Source: a virus
Lineage: Duplodnaviria > Caudoviricetes
Virus record (IMG/VR): IMGVR_UViG_3300028591_000071
DNA length: 64,000 nt
Direction: 5' to 3' (one strand)
Every line of letters begins with the position of its first letter. The stretch's first letter is position 1. Both the position numbers and the translations under genes were made by a program. This document shows positions 30,901-40,500 of the stretch, one piece after another. Below the pieces are notes generated by a model. It was given only the letters and a program-made list of their open reading frames with translations. It was not told the DNA's origin and made no database searches.

Positions 30901-31801
30901 CTTCAGGGCAAACAAGCCTTATATCATATTTTCCAAGAACGGAACGCAACCTTATCAGCGACTGCCTTTCATCTTCACTCACCTGCGGTTTGTATGCAGG
31001 AACTATTATAACACATTTCTTATTTTCCATATTTTTGCATTTTTTAAATTTGTACGGCTCAACTTCTTTATTAAACATATATTTTTTGTTCTTCGTTATT
31101 TTTACAGGTATCCTTACATATGTTCCATGCCAAAACATCTTAAAATAACTTCCATCCAAGATATTGTCGCCAAGCGGAAGGACTTTCAAATGGCTGTACT
31201 CACTATTGACAACAAATGAGAATATAACTTGGTCAAGTCTGTCAATTCTCGACTCATAAGCAAGTTGCCTCATTAGCGAAAGTGTTTTATCACATATCTC
31301 CCTGTTGGTTTCAGTATTCTTATGAATCATTACATTGCCCTGAAATATACCCAAATATCCATCAACATCATATCCGCTATCCCTTATGAATCCAAGTGTC
31401 TTTTCCGTCTGTCCATGTTTATAGTTTCTGTATTTTTCCCAAACGGACAACTCCTCAGCAAAATTATATCTCTCAGGGTGTATGAACAACCCAATATCAT
31501 ATCCGCCCTTTATAAATGTTTCATATATCTCATCTGTATCTCCACATGGGGTCGTTGTTCCATCTATCCTTATAACAACATCCGTAGAAACATAATCAAA
31601 CGGATTGAACCTAATAGTATAACAAAGGTCCATATTGTCTTCCGGGTGTTCATTTTCAACATAAACAACATTCCAAGTTGAAGATGTTATGCTTTTGTCA
31701 TCCGTCACATAAACATATTCGCAATTTTCGGACGGGTTCTCAACTTCGTGCAAAACCTCATATCCTCCTATGTTGTATGTTAATATACTATATTTTTTCA
31801 T
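27905..31801 (-). CDS. Multi-domain glycosyltransferase (1298 aa; about five GT-like domains: DUF616-like, DUF5672-like, GT2-like, GT2_4/GT92-like, DUF4422-like)
   Basis: Successive motifs: YVYVTDD/IRIDG/HPER/RLDQ; VYQTDCWVF..DYIGAPF..VGNGGFSLRK..PFGCH; TVDSDVE..YGWG; IGKNENRY..IYDNND..FIDCGDE..HYTTKT; DNTGDNISDKNYLYIENTGTYWIWKN..QYRR..GFLSER. Confidence 0.8.
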   Translation of the reverse strand: MKKYSILTYNIGGYEVLHEVENPSENCEYVYVTDDKSITSSTWNVVYVENEHPEDNMDLCYTIRFNPFDYVSTDVVIRIDGTTTPCGDTDEIYETFIKGGYDIGLFIHPERYNFAEELSVWEKYRNYKHGQTEKTLGFIRDSGYDVDGYLGIFQGNVMIHKNTETNREICDKTLSLMRQLAYESRIDRLDQVIFSFVVNSEYSHLKVLPLGDNILDGSYFKMFWHGTYVRIPVKITKNKKYMFNKEVEPYKFKKCKNMENKKCVIIVPAYKPQVSEDERQSLIRLRSVLGKYDIRLVCPEGMDVQEYSFPLGETWASERFKADYFKSRLDYGRLMNSVEFYERFADYEYMLVYQTDCWVFRDELDMWCDKGYDYIGAPFFVKWFSDRGLFVGNGGFSLRKIDSIITYLKKFLGKGLPHEGTDDGFFAANFDKSLNIPTPQEASLFSLEVSPSIQYKQNGNKLPFGCHAYKRYDWEFWKQFIDYDAFGNLKTEVTFAILNYGNDENAALWYRRFKDYFDTYIIDTKCLDNGLGNPFGEFGNDPHILLEHNVYNGGQRIITYNKMVEDGTKWMMTVDSDVEMRDEKYVTALINSVQKVVQSNDVGVYEPSAEPGSKCMGQTRFIAENLHQFKQGSNGFRVVEGAEGWFRLVRKDIADRIYPFQNFEDNKYGWGGEAHYYLAKQMGLKTVIDDTVTLFHPQGVSYPNTEAVEERKRFMQRFPELGIEEPKYKTAEEIKTLICCIGKNENRYVRHYVEWYRNLGITHIRIYDNNDPDGERFEDVIGDYINDGFVEIVDVRGQKVIQLKCYTDCYAEMKNDYDWILFIDCGDEYLTFARQMTVGQYLAMPQFRNYDMIHVNLMTFGDCGKTDVTDEPLWVRFPDPIPADRCIAYNFPEDMHVSSIIRGGLDDIKWEGKGFTHTPSPNNLRCCNNVGFHVDSESPFAPVDFQIAAFRHYTTKTAREYCEKMRRGFPDQLWDGSRVKNLIETRFFRTNEVTKEKVQIFKDELGIDMSYLLPKEEAIVPKRDDIKVYSLCYAQKNFEFINTDCITPLQVGAANGTDVCRTKDNTGDNISDKNYLYIENTGTYWIWKNVHDAKIKGQMQYRRPFSGITELDIEKTLEKYDVITCEPFYHPDHKTPTEKEPMVIPADTVEQGYAFSNCVDDLYVLEMAIKAFYPDYAEDYDKYIKNGPNLYYSNGFIMKAEDYDRYCEFLFKCLDGYLTMTGIHSQKELEEHVKYNLEVGKYPRYEGNRNIPERAFKWQCSILGFLSERVWTLWLQHNFKDEKILKIPYEKQEEGMYT

Positions 31802-32610
31802 TTTAGTCCACTTACTAATTCATTATATAAGTCCTCTTTTTCCTGTGTCCACTCATTTTGGCTGAAAAACATATTCATATTCAAGGCATTCGGGTCTAAC
31901 GAAAGGGCCCACCCCTTCCTTATCTTATTGGTAACAAATTCTTCTATGGTTTTCATCGAATAATGATTAAGAGCAACATTCTCATAACCGCAACCGCCTC
32001 TTATCGTATAGTTCGTAACAGGAATGCCATTCGCATTGACCGTATTCTTTACCCCATTTGCCAACACAAGATGCGGTATTCCGTCATTGGAATGATGAAC
32101 TGCGAAATCACTTATTCCTCCGCGAACAATCGCCTTCGTCCATCTTCTTTGACGCGGGAATGGCGTTGTAAACCTCTTCATCAACGAATAATCTCCATCC
32201 TTAACCCTAACAAACCCGTTGTCTCCATATTCCCTCCACGGAACCCTTATAAGGTCAGCTTCGCTGAAACATCCCATTGAAAGGAAATTCTCAATGTTAT
32301 TTTCGAACCGCTCGTTAAGTACAAGGAACTCATCGATGTCAAAGAACGCAATCCAATCATATTCACCACCAAAACAATTATATCCGTGCTGATAAGCCGT
32401 ATATTGAGCATCCGCGAAATTATGGAGAGGAAATATTCTTGCAAACCCTTCATCAGCATAATCCCTGATAACATCTATGATTCTTTCACCGCCATAATCA
32501 TTATTGTCAAAAATTATGACATTAGTGAATCCGATTGACTTGTACCACTCGGTCCACTCTCTGACATAATTGTTTTCCATCTTCGCAACGGCCAATACTG
32601 CGGTTTTCAT
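31798..32610 (-). CDS. GT-A glycosyltransferase (GT2_4/GT92-like)
   Basis: AVAKMENNYVREWTEWY..IFDNND..WIAFFDIDEF..NHYSMKTIEEF; paralogous to domain 4 of the 1298-aa protein. Confidence 0.8.
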   Translation of the reverse strand: MKTAVLAVAKMENNYVREWTEWYKSIGFTNVIIFDNNDYGGERIIDVIRDYADEGFARIFPLHNFADAQYTAYQHGYNCFGGEYDWIAFFDIDEFLVLNERFENNIENFLSMGCFSEADLIRVPWREYGDNGFVRVKDGDYSLMKRFTTPFPRQRRWTKAIVRGGISDFAVHHSNDGIPHLVLANGVKNTVNANGIPVTNYTIRGGCGYENVALNHYSMKTIEEFVTNKIRKGWALSLDPNALNMNMFFSQNEWTQEKEDLYNELVSGLK

Positions 32611-33518
32611 AAAACTCCATATTCTTCAAGGACATAGTTAAACACCTGTCTTATTTTTCTGAACGCAAATTCTATTTTCTTCTCAAAATAATGTAGATAT
32701 TTTGGAAAATTTGCCTTGATGTCGTCACCTATGTCAGTGTTATACTTCCCATATTCATTTGCAACCGCTTCTATCATCTCCGCATCAAACGACTTTATGT
32801 TTTGCAACAACACCGCCTTAGCCCACAAATAGGTCTTATAGACACTCGTTTTTTTCAACGCCGCCAATAAATCTTCTGCAGAAACACGCTCTTTACCACC
32901 TATAATCGCATTTATCTCCGGCGGAATTTGTGAAACATACGACTGTATTTCGTGGTAATAGCAAAAATATGACATCAATATAAACTTATATCGGTAATCG
33001 TTGACGATGGATTGGCTGTAAATAATCTTCTCTGAAATTTCGCTGAACCCATCTTCGTCAGTAGGGCCCTGTTCACTTTCTATCTTTGCGTGTGAAAGTT
33101 CGTGCGTTATTGCTGCCTCCACCTGTTCCTTCCATCTGCTTATGTCAATGCTCGATATCTCATCGTACAAAGGGGCTGACACCTCCAACGCAAGAGTGCT
33201 TCCACTAATCTCGCTTGTTGCATTTGCTTTCTGATTCGGCATTGCGTTAACGGATATTGAGAGCCTGTCGAGGCCTTTCAGATTCTTAAACTCCCAATCC
33301 ATCACTTCGCTCTTCGAACCGTTTTTAATCATAGAAATTACTTTTTCTGATATTGCATGTGCGTCATCATATTGCCCGTCATAAACGCAATGTCGCTCGA
33401 AAATAGCATCTTTGTCCTGTATTGAAATATATTCCTCGTCAATATGTGCCATTTCGTTTATTATGGACCTTTGGATTTTCCTGATATCTATCTTGTTTTG
33501 CCTATGAATCATTTCCAA
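32607..33518 (-). CDS. HExxH zinc-metallopeptidase-like protein (303 aa)
   Basis: ITHELSHAK followed by a downstream YYHEIQSY glutamate. Confidence 0.55.
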   Translation of the reverse strand: MEMIHRQNKIDIRKIQRSIINEMAHIDEEYISIQDKDAIFERHCVYDGQYDDAHAISEKVISMIKNGSKSEVMDWEFKNLKGLDRLSISVNAMPNQKANATSEISGSTLALEVSAPLYDEISSIDISRWKEQVEAAITHELSHAKIESEQGPTDEDGFSEISEKIIYSQSIVNDYRYKFILMSYFCYYHEIQSYVSQIPPEINAIIGGKERVSAEDLLAALKKTSVYKTYLWAKAVLLQNIKSFDAEMIEAVANEYGKYNTDIGDDIKANFPKYLHYFEKKIEFAFRKIRQVFNYVLEEYGVL

Positions 33519-34510
33519 TAGCTGTAGATTCCCTTTGTTATCTCATAGTTTTCCCACTTGTACTGAGGTCTCATCGGCTGTGTCTGAGCCCATTTCCACA
33601 TTTTCTTCAGCCCTTCTTCGAGAGAAGTTTTCTGCTCATATCCAAGGAGTTCTATTGACTTATCCGGCTTCGGAACTGCGTGTTTAACCTCATGCCGGGC
33701 TTCCCTATGTTCAACCTTGTCATATCCTGTTATCTTGCACAGTAATTCTGCGGCCTCATTGATTGAATAGCCTCTTACTCCGCCAACATTGATAATTTCC
33801 TTCGATGCCTCAGGGAACACTGCAGCATTCCAAAATGCAGAGAGACAATCTTCAATATAACTAAAAGCCCTTGTCTGCTCTCCATCTCCGTAGATGAGCA
33901 TCGGCTTGTTGTTGAGAATCTGATACATCCAAATGCCAAGCACATTACGGTACTTGTCCCATATATTTTGCTTTTCACCAAAAACATTGTGCGGACGGAT
34001 GATACACCAATCAAGGCCGTGCTGTTCTCCTGCAATCTTGATGTTCATTTCACAAGCATACTTTGAAACAGCATACGGGTCAATCGGCTCAGGCCTGTCA
34101 TTCTCGTCAAACTCCTCGCCACGGCGTTCGCCCCATCCATAAACGGACATTGACGATGTATAAATAAGCCGCTTCACATCGTGGCTGATGCACTCGTTTA
34201 TCACATTATCAGTCGAAAGCATGTTGTTCCTATCGTTGAACATCCTCATAAACGGGGAAAGGCCTTCCGCCGCATACGCAGCGAAGTGATATACATATTC
34301 AAACTCGTGCTTGTCAAATATATCCTTAATTGAATCCGTGCTCAGTTCCCTTCTGTAAAAAACAACGCGTGGGTCAATGTTTTCAACATATCCTCCAAAA
34401 AGGTTATCAATTCCGACAACCTCATACTCTGGATGATTCTCCAAAATCCAATCGGCCATCCTTGAACCGAGAAGGCCAGCATTTCCTGTTATTAAAATAC
34501 TTTTTCTCAT
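33509..34510 (-). CDS. NAD-dependent nucleotide-sugar epimerase/dehydratase (extended SDR)
   Basis: ILITGNAGLLG Rossmann motif, TSSMSVYG, catalytic YAVSK, IYGDGEQTRAFSYI. Confidence 0.9.
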   Translation of the reverse strand: MRKSILITGNAGLLGSRMADWILENHPEYEVVGIDNLFGGYVENIDPRVVFYRRELSTDSIKDIFDKHEFEYVYHFAAYAAEGLSPFMRMFNDRNNMLSTDNVINECISHDVKRLIYTSSMSVYGWGERRGEEFDENDRPEPIDPYAVSKYACEMNIKIAGEQHGLDWCIIRPHNVFGEKQNIWDKYRNVLGIWMYQILNNKPMLIYGDGEQTRAFSYIEDCLSAFWNAAVFPEASKEIINVGGVRGYSINEAAELLCKITGYDKVEHREARHEVKHAVPKPDKSIELLGYEQKTSLEEGLKKMWKWAQTQPMRPQYKWENYEITKGIYSYWK

Positions 34511-35316
34511 TGTATTTGTCTGATTAATTCGTTATATCCTTCCATAAATTTATCATACTCCCCATAGTGCCTAACTACATCATCAAAGTTCCCATCACCA
34601 AAAAACTCAAACTCATCCCATTTTCCTTCAACACAATTATGCCCTCCTGTTTTACACATTACATATCCGCGATTGAATGTCCTCTTGTATATTGATGGTA
34701 GTTCTTCAGCAAATGCTCTATCGTTGAATCGTTTAAGTTCAACCTCGCCGTTTTTTATATCCTTACTTAAGGTCATCGGATTTGTCCAATAAAATGTCCC
34801 TGCAAGTATGCAATTTGTTTCGTCTGTATAAACAAGTGGCAACGAACCCCAAAACACATATGGTCTTCCATGAAATATTGTAAAAAGTTTTATTTCCGCT
34901 TCACGAACAAATTCTAAAGAATAGAAATACAACGCATAAATCCATTTTAAGAAAAATTCCCTGTTGTTTTGGAACATAACAACATCACGAACGCCCTTCG
35001 TGTGCCCAAAAAAGACCATTGTTTCCTCCATCTCGTCTATTTTGTCTATCACATTCTCTTTGAATGTTCTTGCCTCAAAAAACGGGTCGTTTTCAATCTC
35101 CTTAAAGCGTATGTCCTTACACTTAAAAACATTTATAATATTACATTTTACATCGTTAATATATTTTTTTGACATGTCAGTTGACGCTATGAAAAACTCT
35201 GCACTGTCAAACACATTGCAATATTTTGCAAGACACCCATAATGAACCTTAATGGCTATATTTGTCTCATAGTCATCAGGAATAAAAAAATGAAATACCA
35301 AATGTTTTTTTATCAT
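34507..35316 (-). CDS. Putative glycosyltransferase, unnamed family, paralogue 1
   Basis: HLVFHFF..FEARTFK..FFGHTKG..WIYALYFYSLE..GTFYW..RAFAEELP; shared with three other ORFs in the window. Confidence 0.55.
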   Translation of the reverse strand: MIKKHLVFHFFIPDDYETNIAIKVHYGCLAKYCNVFDSAEFFIASTDMSKKYINDVKCNIINVFKCKDIRFKEIENDPFFEARTFKENVIDKIDEMEETMVFFGHTKGVRDVVMFQNNREFFLKWIYALYFYSLEFVREAEIKLFTIFHGRPYVFWGSLPLVYTDETNCILAGTFYWTNPMTLSKDIKNGEVELKRFNDRAFAEELPSIYKRTFNRGYVMCKTGGHNCVEGKWDEFEFFGDGNFDDVVRHYGEYDKFMEGYNELIRQIQ

Positions 35317-35323
35317 AATATAT

Positions 35324-36100
35324 TTACACTCTACCCATTAACTCATTATATCTCTTTGTAAAAAGTTCAAAGTCGCCGAAAAATTTGACGACAATATCGA
35401 AATCAACATTGTAATATCCGCATGGATGTGTCCAAGCGTTATTGTGGCATGCAACCCTGTGAAGTGTTTCTGACTCGGTATAGATAAACGGAAGGTCTTC
35501 AACAAACGACCTGTTCGCCACCTTCGGTATCTTTACAAGGCCCGACTCAATATCATTATATAAAAGAGACGGGTTCAGCCAAAAGAATGTCCCTGGATAA
35601 TTGAATGTAGCCCTTTTGTCATAAGTCGTCCTGAGCGCCCCGTAAAATGTGGCTTGCCATGGGTGTGAATAGAAAAGCATCCTTTCTGCCTCACCAACAA
35701 ACTCAAGGTTGTAAAAATAAAGGGCGTATATCCATTTCTTTATATCCTCATACCTTTCGGGGTGGTCTTTTTTATTCGTAACACCTTTCGTGTGTCCGAA
35801 GAACACCATTCCTTCAAGTTCTCCAAGCCGGTCTATTATATGCTTCTTGAAAGTAACTGATTCGGTTAATATAGTGTTTTCCTCAATTACCATCCGTATA
35901 TCATTATTAAACCCGAGAGAAAGGATGTCGTGTTCCACTTCATTTACAAGCTCATCTGTCTTCTCCTCGAAGCATATCGAAAATATTGCAGAATCAAAGA
36001 TGTGTGCATATTCTTTCAGGAAAACGAGATGCATCCTTATCACCTCGTTCTCCTTGTACTCCTTCGGCACATAAAAATGGAACACCAATGTCTTCTTCAT
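35324..36100 (-). CDS. Putative glycosyltransferase, unnamed family, paralogue 2
   Basis: TLVFHFY..TESVTFK..FFGHTKG..WIYALYFYNLE..GTFFW..RSFVEDLP. Confidence 0.55.
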   Translation of the reverse strand: MKKTLVFHFYVPKEYKENEVIRMHLVFLKEYAHIFDSAIFSICFEEKTDELVNEVEHDILSLGFNNDIRMVIEENTILTESVTFKKHIIDRLGELEGMVFFGHTKGVTNKKDHPERYEDIKKWIYALYFYNLEFVGEAERMLFYSHPWQATFYGALRTTYDKRATFNYPGTFFWLNPSLLYNDIESGLVKIPKVANRSFVEDLPFIYTESETLHRVACHNNAWTHPCGYYNVDFDIVVKFFGDFELFTKRYNELMGRV

Positions 36101-37419
36101 CGTCCTATGCTATCATATTTGAAGCCGGCCCTTAACATAAGGTCCTTATAGAACGCATTCCTTCCGTCAATGAATACATCACCGCGCATTAACTCTTTAA
36201 CCTTATACATGTCAAGTTTGCATAGTTCATCCCACTCAGTAACAAGGAAAACAACATCCGCTCCTTCAACTGCTTTGTACGGGTCTGTGATATATATGAC
36301 TTCATCACCAAAAATCTTCTTTGCATTATCAATTGCAATCGGGTCATAAACGACAACCTCAACCCCCTCTTCAACGAGGTCCTTTACAAGGTTTATTGAA
36401 GGGGCTTCCCTCATGTCATCTGTTCCTGGCTTGAAAGCAAGACCAAGGACACACGCCCTCTTTGCTGATTCGTCCTTGAAAAACTCAATATATTTCTCAT
36501 AAAGTTTATCCTTCTGTATCTCGTTGACGGCATCAACGGCACCGAGGATAAGCATATTCTGACCGTTTTCCTCAGCCGTTTTCATCAATGCCTTCACATC
36601 CTTAGGGAAACAACTTCCACCATAACCGCATCCAGCCTTAAGGAATTTCGGACCAATCCTGCTGTCAAGGCCTACACATCTCATCACACTTTCTATGTTG
36701 GCCCCTACCGCTTCGCAGAGGTTTGCAATCTCATTGGTGAAACTGATTCTCGTTGCGAGCATCGCATTTGATGCATACTTCACCATTTCTGCCGAACATA
36801 TATCGGTCAGGATTATTTTATCTTCCTTCACGCCCATTACACTCTCATATAACCTACACAATTCTGTTCTCTCAAAAGAATCATTCTTTCCGCCGTCCCT
36901 CAGTCCGAGGACAACCCTATCAGGATGCAGGCAGTCATTAACAGCAACACCCTCCTTGAGAAATTCAGGATTGAAAGCAACACGAATGGCGTGATGCTCG
37001 CCGAGAACACTTTCTATGATACGCCTTACATTGTCGGTTGTACCTACGGGAACGGTTGATTTTACAACAACCACGCACTTGTGGTCATAATGGATATGCT
37101 CGACTATATTCCTCGCCGCACCGTAAACATATTCAAGGTTTGCACTTCCATCTTCCTTCTCAGGAGTTCCGACACATATGAAAATGATAGTGGATGAATC
37201 AACCGAAGAATAGTCGGTTGAGAAATGGAGCCTCTTGTTCTGTATCCCGTACTTTATCATCGGCTCAAGCAGTTCTTCATATATCGGCGATTCGCCCCTT
37301 TTTAGTTTATCAATCTTCTCCTCGTCAATGTCAATGCAGGTCACATCCGCACCTTGGTATGCCATGCATACGCCGTTTACAAGACCGACATAACCCGTTC
37401 CGATTATAGTTACATTCAT
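36097..37419 (-). CDS. ugd: UDP-glucose 6-dehydrogenase (start MNVTIIG at 37419)
   Basis: IIGTGYVGL, ICVGTP, KSTVPVGT, FNPEFLKEG, GYGGSCFPKD (catalytic Cys), GLAFKPGTDDMRE, DGRN. Confidence 0.95.
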   Translation of the reverse strand: MNVTIIGTGYVGLVNGVCMAYQGADVTCIDIDEEKIDKLKRGESPIYEELLEPMIKYGIQNKRLHFSTDYSSVDSSTIIFICVGTPEKEDGSANLEYVYGAARNIVEHIHYDHKCVVVVKSTVPVGTTDNVRRIIESVLGEHHAIRVAFNPEFLKEGVAVNDCLHPDRVVLGLRDGGKNDSFERTELCRLYESVMGVKEDKIILTDICSAEMVKYASNAMLATRISFTNEIANLCEAVGANIESVMRCVGLDSRIGPKFLKAGCGYGGSCFPKDVKALMKTAEENGQNMLILGAVDAVNEIQKDKLYEKYIEFFKDESAKRACVLGLAFKPGTDDMREAPSINLVKDLVEEGVEVVVYDPIAIDNAKKIFGDEVIYITDPYKAVEGADVVFLVTEWDELCKLDMYKVKELMRGDVFIDGRNAFYKDLMLRAGFKYDSIGR

Positions 37420-37435
37420 AGAAATCTGTTTTCTA

Positions 37436-37467
37436 CAAATATAAGTATTTCGTGGACATTTGTCAAA
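37436..37467 (-). promoter_or_regulatory. Bacteroidota-type housekeeping sigma promoter (-33 TTTG / -7 TATATTTG)
   Basis: Minus strand TTTG (37467-37464), 20-nt spacer, TATATTTG (37443-37436), 16 nt before the ugd ATG; matches the TTTG-N19-21-TAnnTTTG consensus. Confidence 0.75.
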
Positions 37468-37468
37468 C

Positions 37469-37491
37469 AAAAATCCCCGCTATTGCGGGGA
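37469..37491 (-). terminator. Rho-independent terminator of the tail-fibre gene
   Basis: Stem TCCCCGC/GCGGGGA with a T-tract on the minus strand. Confidence 0.75.
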
Positions 37492-37501
37492 CTTAAGTTT
37501 A

Positions 37502-40500
37502 TTATATTCCAAGTTGTCCTTCAATCTTGTCGAGTCTCGATTTTAGTTTTTCAACTTCTTTCTTCAGTGCGGCGTTCTCTTCGTGCAGTTTATCCACCGC
37601 AGCGAGGGCAACGACCGAAAGTTTTTCGTAACAAACACCAAGGGTTCCATCGTCTTCGCCTGACACGAGTTCAGGATACAGTTCTCTAAGTTTCTGTGCA
37701 GATGTACCAATGTTCATCTTGCTTCCGTCAACTTCTTCATCCTTCCATTTGAAATACTTCTTAGGTAGAGTCTTAATCTTGTCAAGGTCAACTTCAACAT
37801 CGTCATAGAAGTCCTTAAGCCTTTCGTCTGATGATGCATATAGGTTCAATCCTGTCCAATAGATTCCTGAACCCGTTGCTGCACCTGCCCTGTGGGTATT
37901 TGAAGGTGACAATGTTGTAGCAGCCGTAGATGTAGCATTACAGCCAATAAGGTAATGGTTTCCTGAATTACTCGTAGTCAATGACAATGATGAACCCTCG
38001 GCTGCAGGGCCTTGGTCTCCCTTCGGTCCTTGTGGTCCTTGAACACCCGTTGCATTGGTTCCGTCGCTTCCTTTCGGTCCTTGTGGCCCTTGCTTTCCGT
38101 TAGTTCCATTTGTTCCGTTAGTACCCTTCTGCCCCTTAGGACCTTGAGGCCCCTGACTACCCTTAGGGCCTTGACGACCTTGGGCACCATCTTTGCAATC
38201 CCCTCCGGCCATGAGCTTGGCAGTATAATTGGTTCCGCTTGTTCCTATTATCTCCAATGCACCAATCATCGTCCCGTATCCCGAATAATATTGTATACAT
38301 ATAACTTTGTCTCCAATTTCATAGGTCTCGCCATTTGGGTCTATACCGAGTTCTCCCTGTGACACAAACGTTATGCTAGACACTACTCCAACCTTTGTTC
38401 CCCTTATCCCCTGTGGACCCTGAGGTCCTTGATTACCGTTTGCTCCATTTGTTCCGTTTGCGCCCGCAGGGCCCTGAGGTCCCTGAACGCCCGTGGCGTC
38501 ATTACCATTCTGCCCCTTCGGACCTTGCGGACCCTGAACACCCGTAGCATCAATTCCTTTTGGACCCTGTGGGCCTTGGTCACCTTTATTTCCTTGAGCA
38601 CCTGTCGGACCCTGTGGACCCTGAGCCCCATCGGTTCCATTAGTACCATTGGTTCCGTTTGCGCCCGCAGGACCCTGAGGCCCCTGACTACCCTTAGGAC
38701 CTTGTGGGCCTTGATAGCCACCTTCAGGAAGTGATGCCGTTACATTTACGCCACCGATAGTTGCTATGGTCTTTGGCTCCCCGAATGCAAGAGCCGCATT
38801 GCTATTCACGACAGGAATAGTTAGTTTGTTGGATGCAATGGTTGCAGCCGTTCCCGTAGTCGAAATGGTTACCGCACTTACATAACTTGAATTGACCTTC
38901 GTCAATGTGGTATTCATCGTTGCGGTATTCGATTTCAGCGTCGTTATGTCGCCCGTTGCACCCGTGAGGGTGGTGTACATCGAGGCACTGTTCTCGGCCA
39001 GCTTAGTAATCTGATTCTGCAATGAACCGCTATTTGCTTCCAACTTGGCGATTTGATTATGCATTACACCACTGTTTGCTTCGAGTTTAGTGATTTGATT
39101 CTGCAGTGAACCGCTGTTGGTTATTAATTGAGTGACCTTATTTGTTAAATCTCCTGTTGCTGACTGCAATGTCGTTATGTTGCCCGTAACCCCCGTAAGC
39201 GTCGTGTACATCGAACCGCTGTTCTCGGCCAACTTGTTGATTTGATTCTGCATTACACCGCTATTTGACGAGAGTTTCGTAACCTGATTCTGCAATGAAC
39301 CGCTATTTGTCGTCAATTGTGTAATCTGATTCTGCATCAAACCGCTGTTCGTTGTCAATTTTTCAATCTTGTTTCCGTGGTCTGAAAGGGTTGAATTGGT
39401 TGCTCCCGTATACCCGTTATAGGTCTCGGCTGTTACATATCCTGAAAGGTCAACAGTTCCGGCAAGAGGGTCCCACCTCTCTCCACTCCACGTCCAGTTC
39501 GTTCCCGCAGGTGTATTTCCACTTGCAGCTACTACATTGTAGGTATCTCCCGTTTCCGCATTGTTAGGAAGATTCGAACAAGACGCTACCGTTCCCTTAT
39601 ATTTAAATACGCTCGATAGTTTGGTATTCACTGCGCCACTCAATGACACAACGCTTGCGGAAAGCGTAAAAGCGGATGTCTTGACTGCCGAAATATCACT
39701 GTTAATCGTCGCCACCTTTCCATCAACGTAGGTCACAACATTCCCGCTGAGTGTCTTCGTGAGACTTGACGCGTATGCCTTCGCCCCATAAATGGTATTC
39801 GCATCCTTATTGTCGGTGGACTGTCCTATGACATCACTCTTGGCCTGTGTATAAGCATATCCCGAGGCGGAGCCCACAAACGACTTCGTTGCATAATTAC
39901 CCTTTATTGTAACAACCTCACCTGAAAGGGTGCTCAGATTCGAATTCGTCGTATCCAATTGAGCGTTTGTTGCATATTGTCCAAGGTTAAGGGCTTCTAT
40001 CTGCCCATAAGTGTATGCCGTGGATGCATTATATGCGCTCGTTACTGCTGCATCAATCTTTGTCTTCGTTTCCGCCGACGTCCAATATCCGCTTCTGACC
40101 GTTGCACTTATTGCGTCAGCCGTTCCCTGTGCGGTCGCTATTGATGAATTGGTTGCAGCCGTATATCCCGTATAGGTAGTCTTATCAACGAAATTCGTGT
40201 CAACATAACTCTTCGCACTCGTAATTGCCTTTGACACTGCACTTGTTATCGCATTCCCTGAAGCATTCTTCACCTCATCGTGAGTAGCATAATTTCCAAC
40301 CTTTGAATATAAGTCTGTAACCCATCCTGAAAGGGTTGTTGCAGATGACTTGAGTGTTGCCAATGTCGAATCGGTTGTTGACGAGTATGTCTTGACAAAA
40401 TCAGCAAGTCCGTCGGTATATGCCTTTGCCGATGCTACTGAAGCGTTATACGCACTTGTTACCGCAGCGTTCTTTGCTTCATCAATCTTACTCTTCGTTG

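Noticed and set aside
38000-39370. Repeats as a CRISPR array or DGR template/variable repeat pair
   Set aside because: They are in-frame coding repeats varying mainly at synonymous positions, with no unique spacers, no adenine-specific mismatch pattern noticed and no reverse transcriptase in the window.
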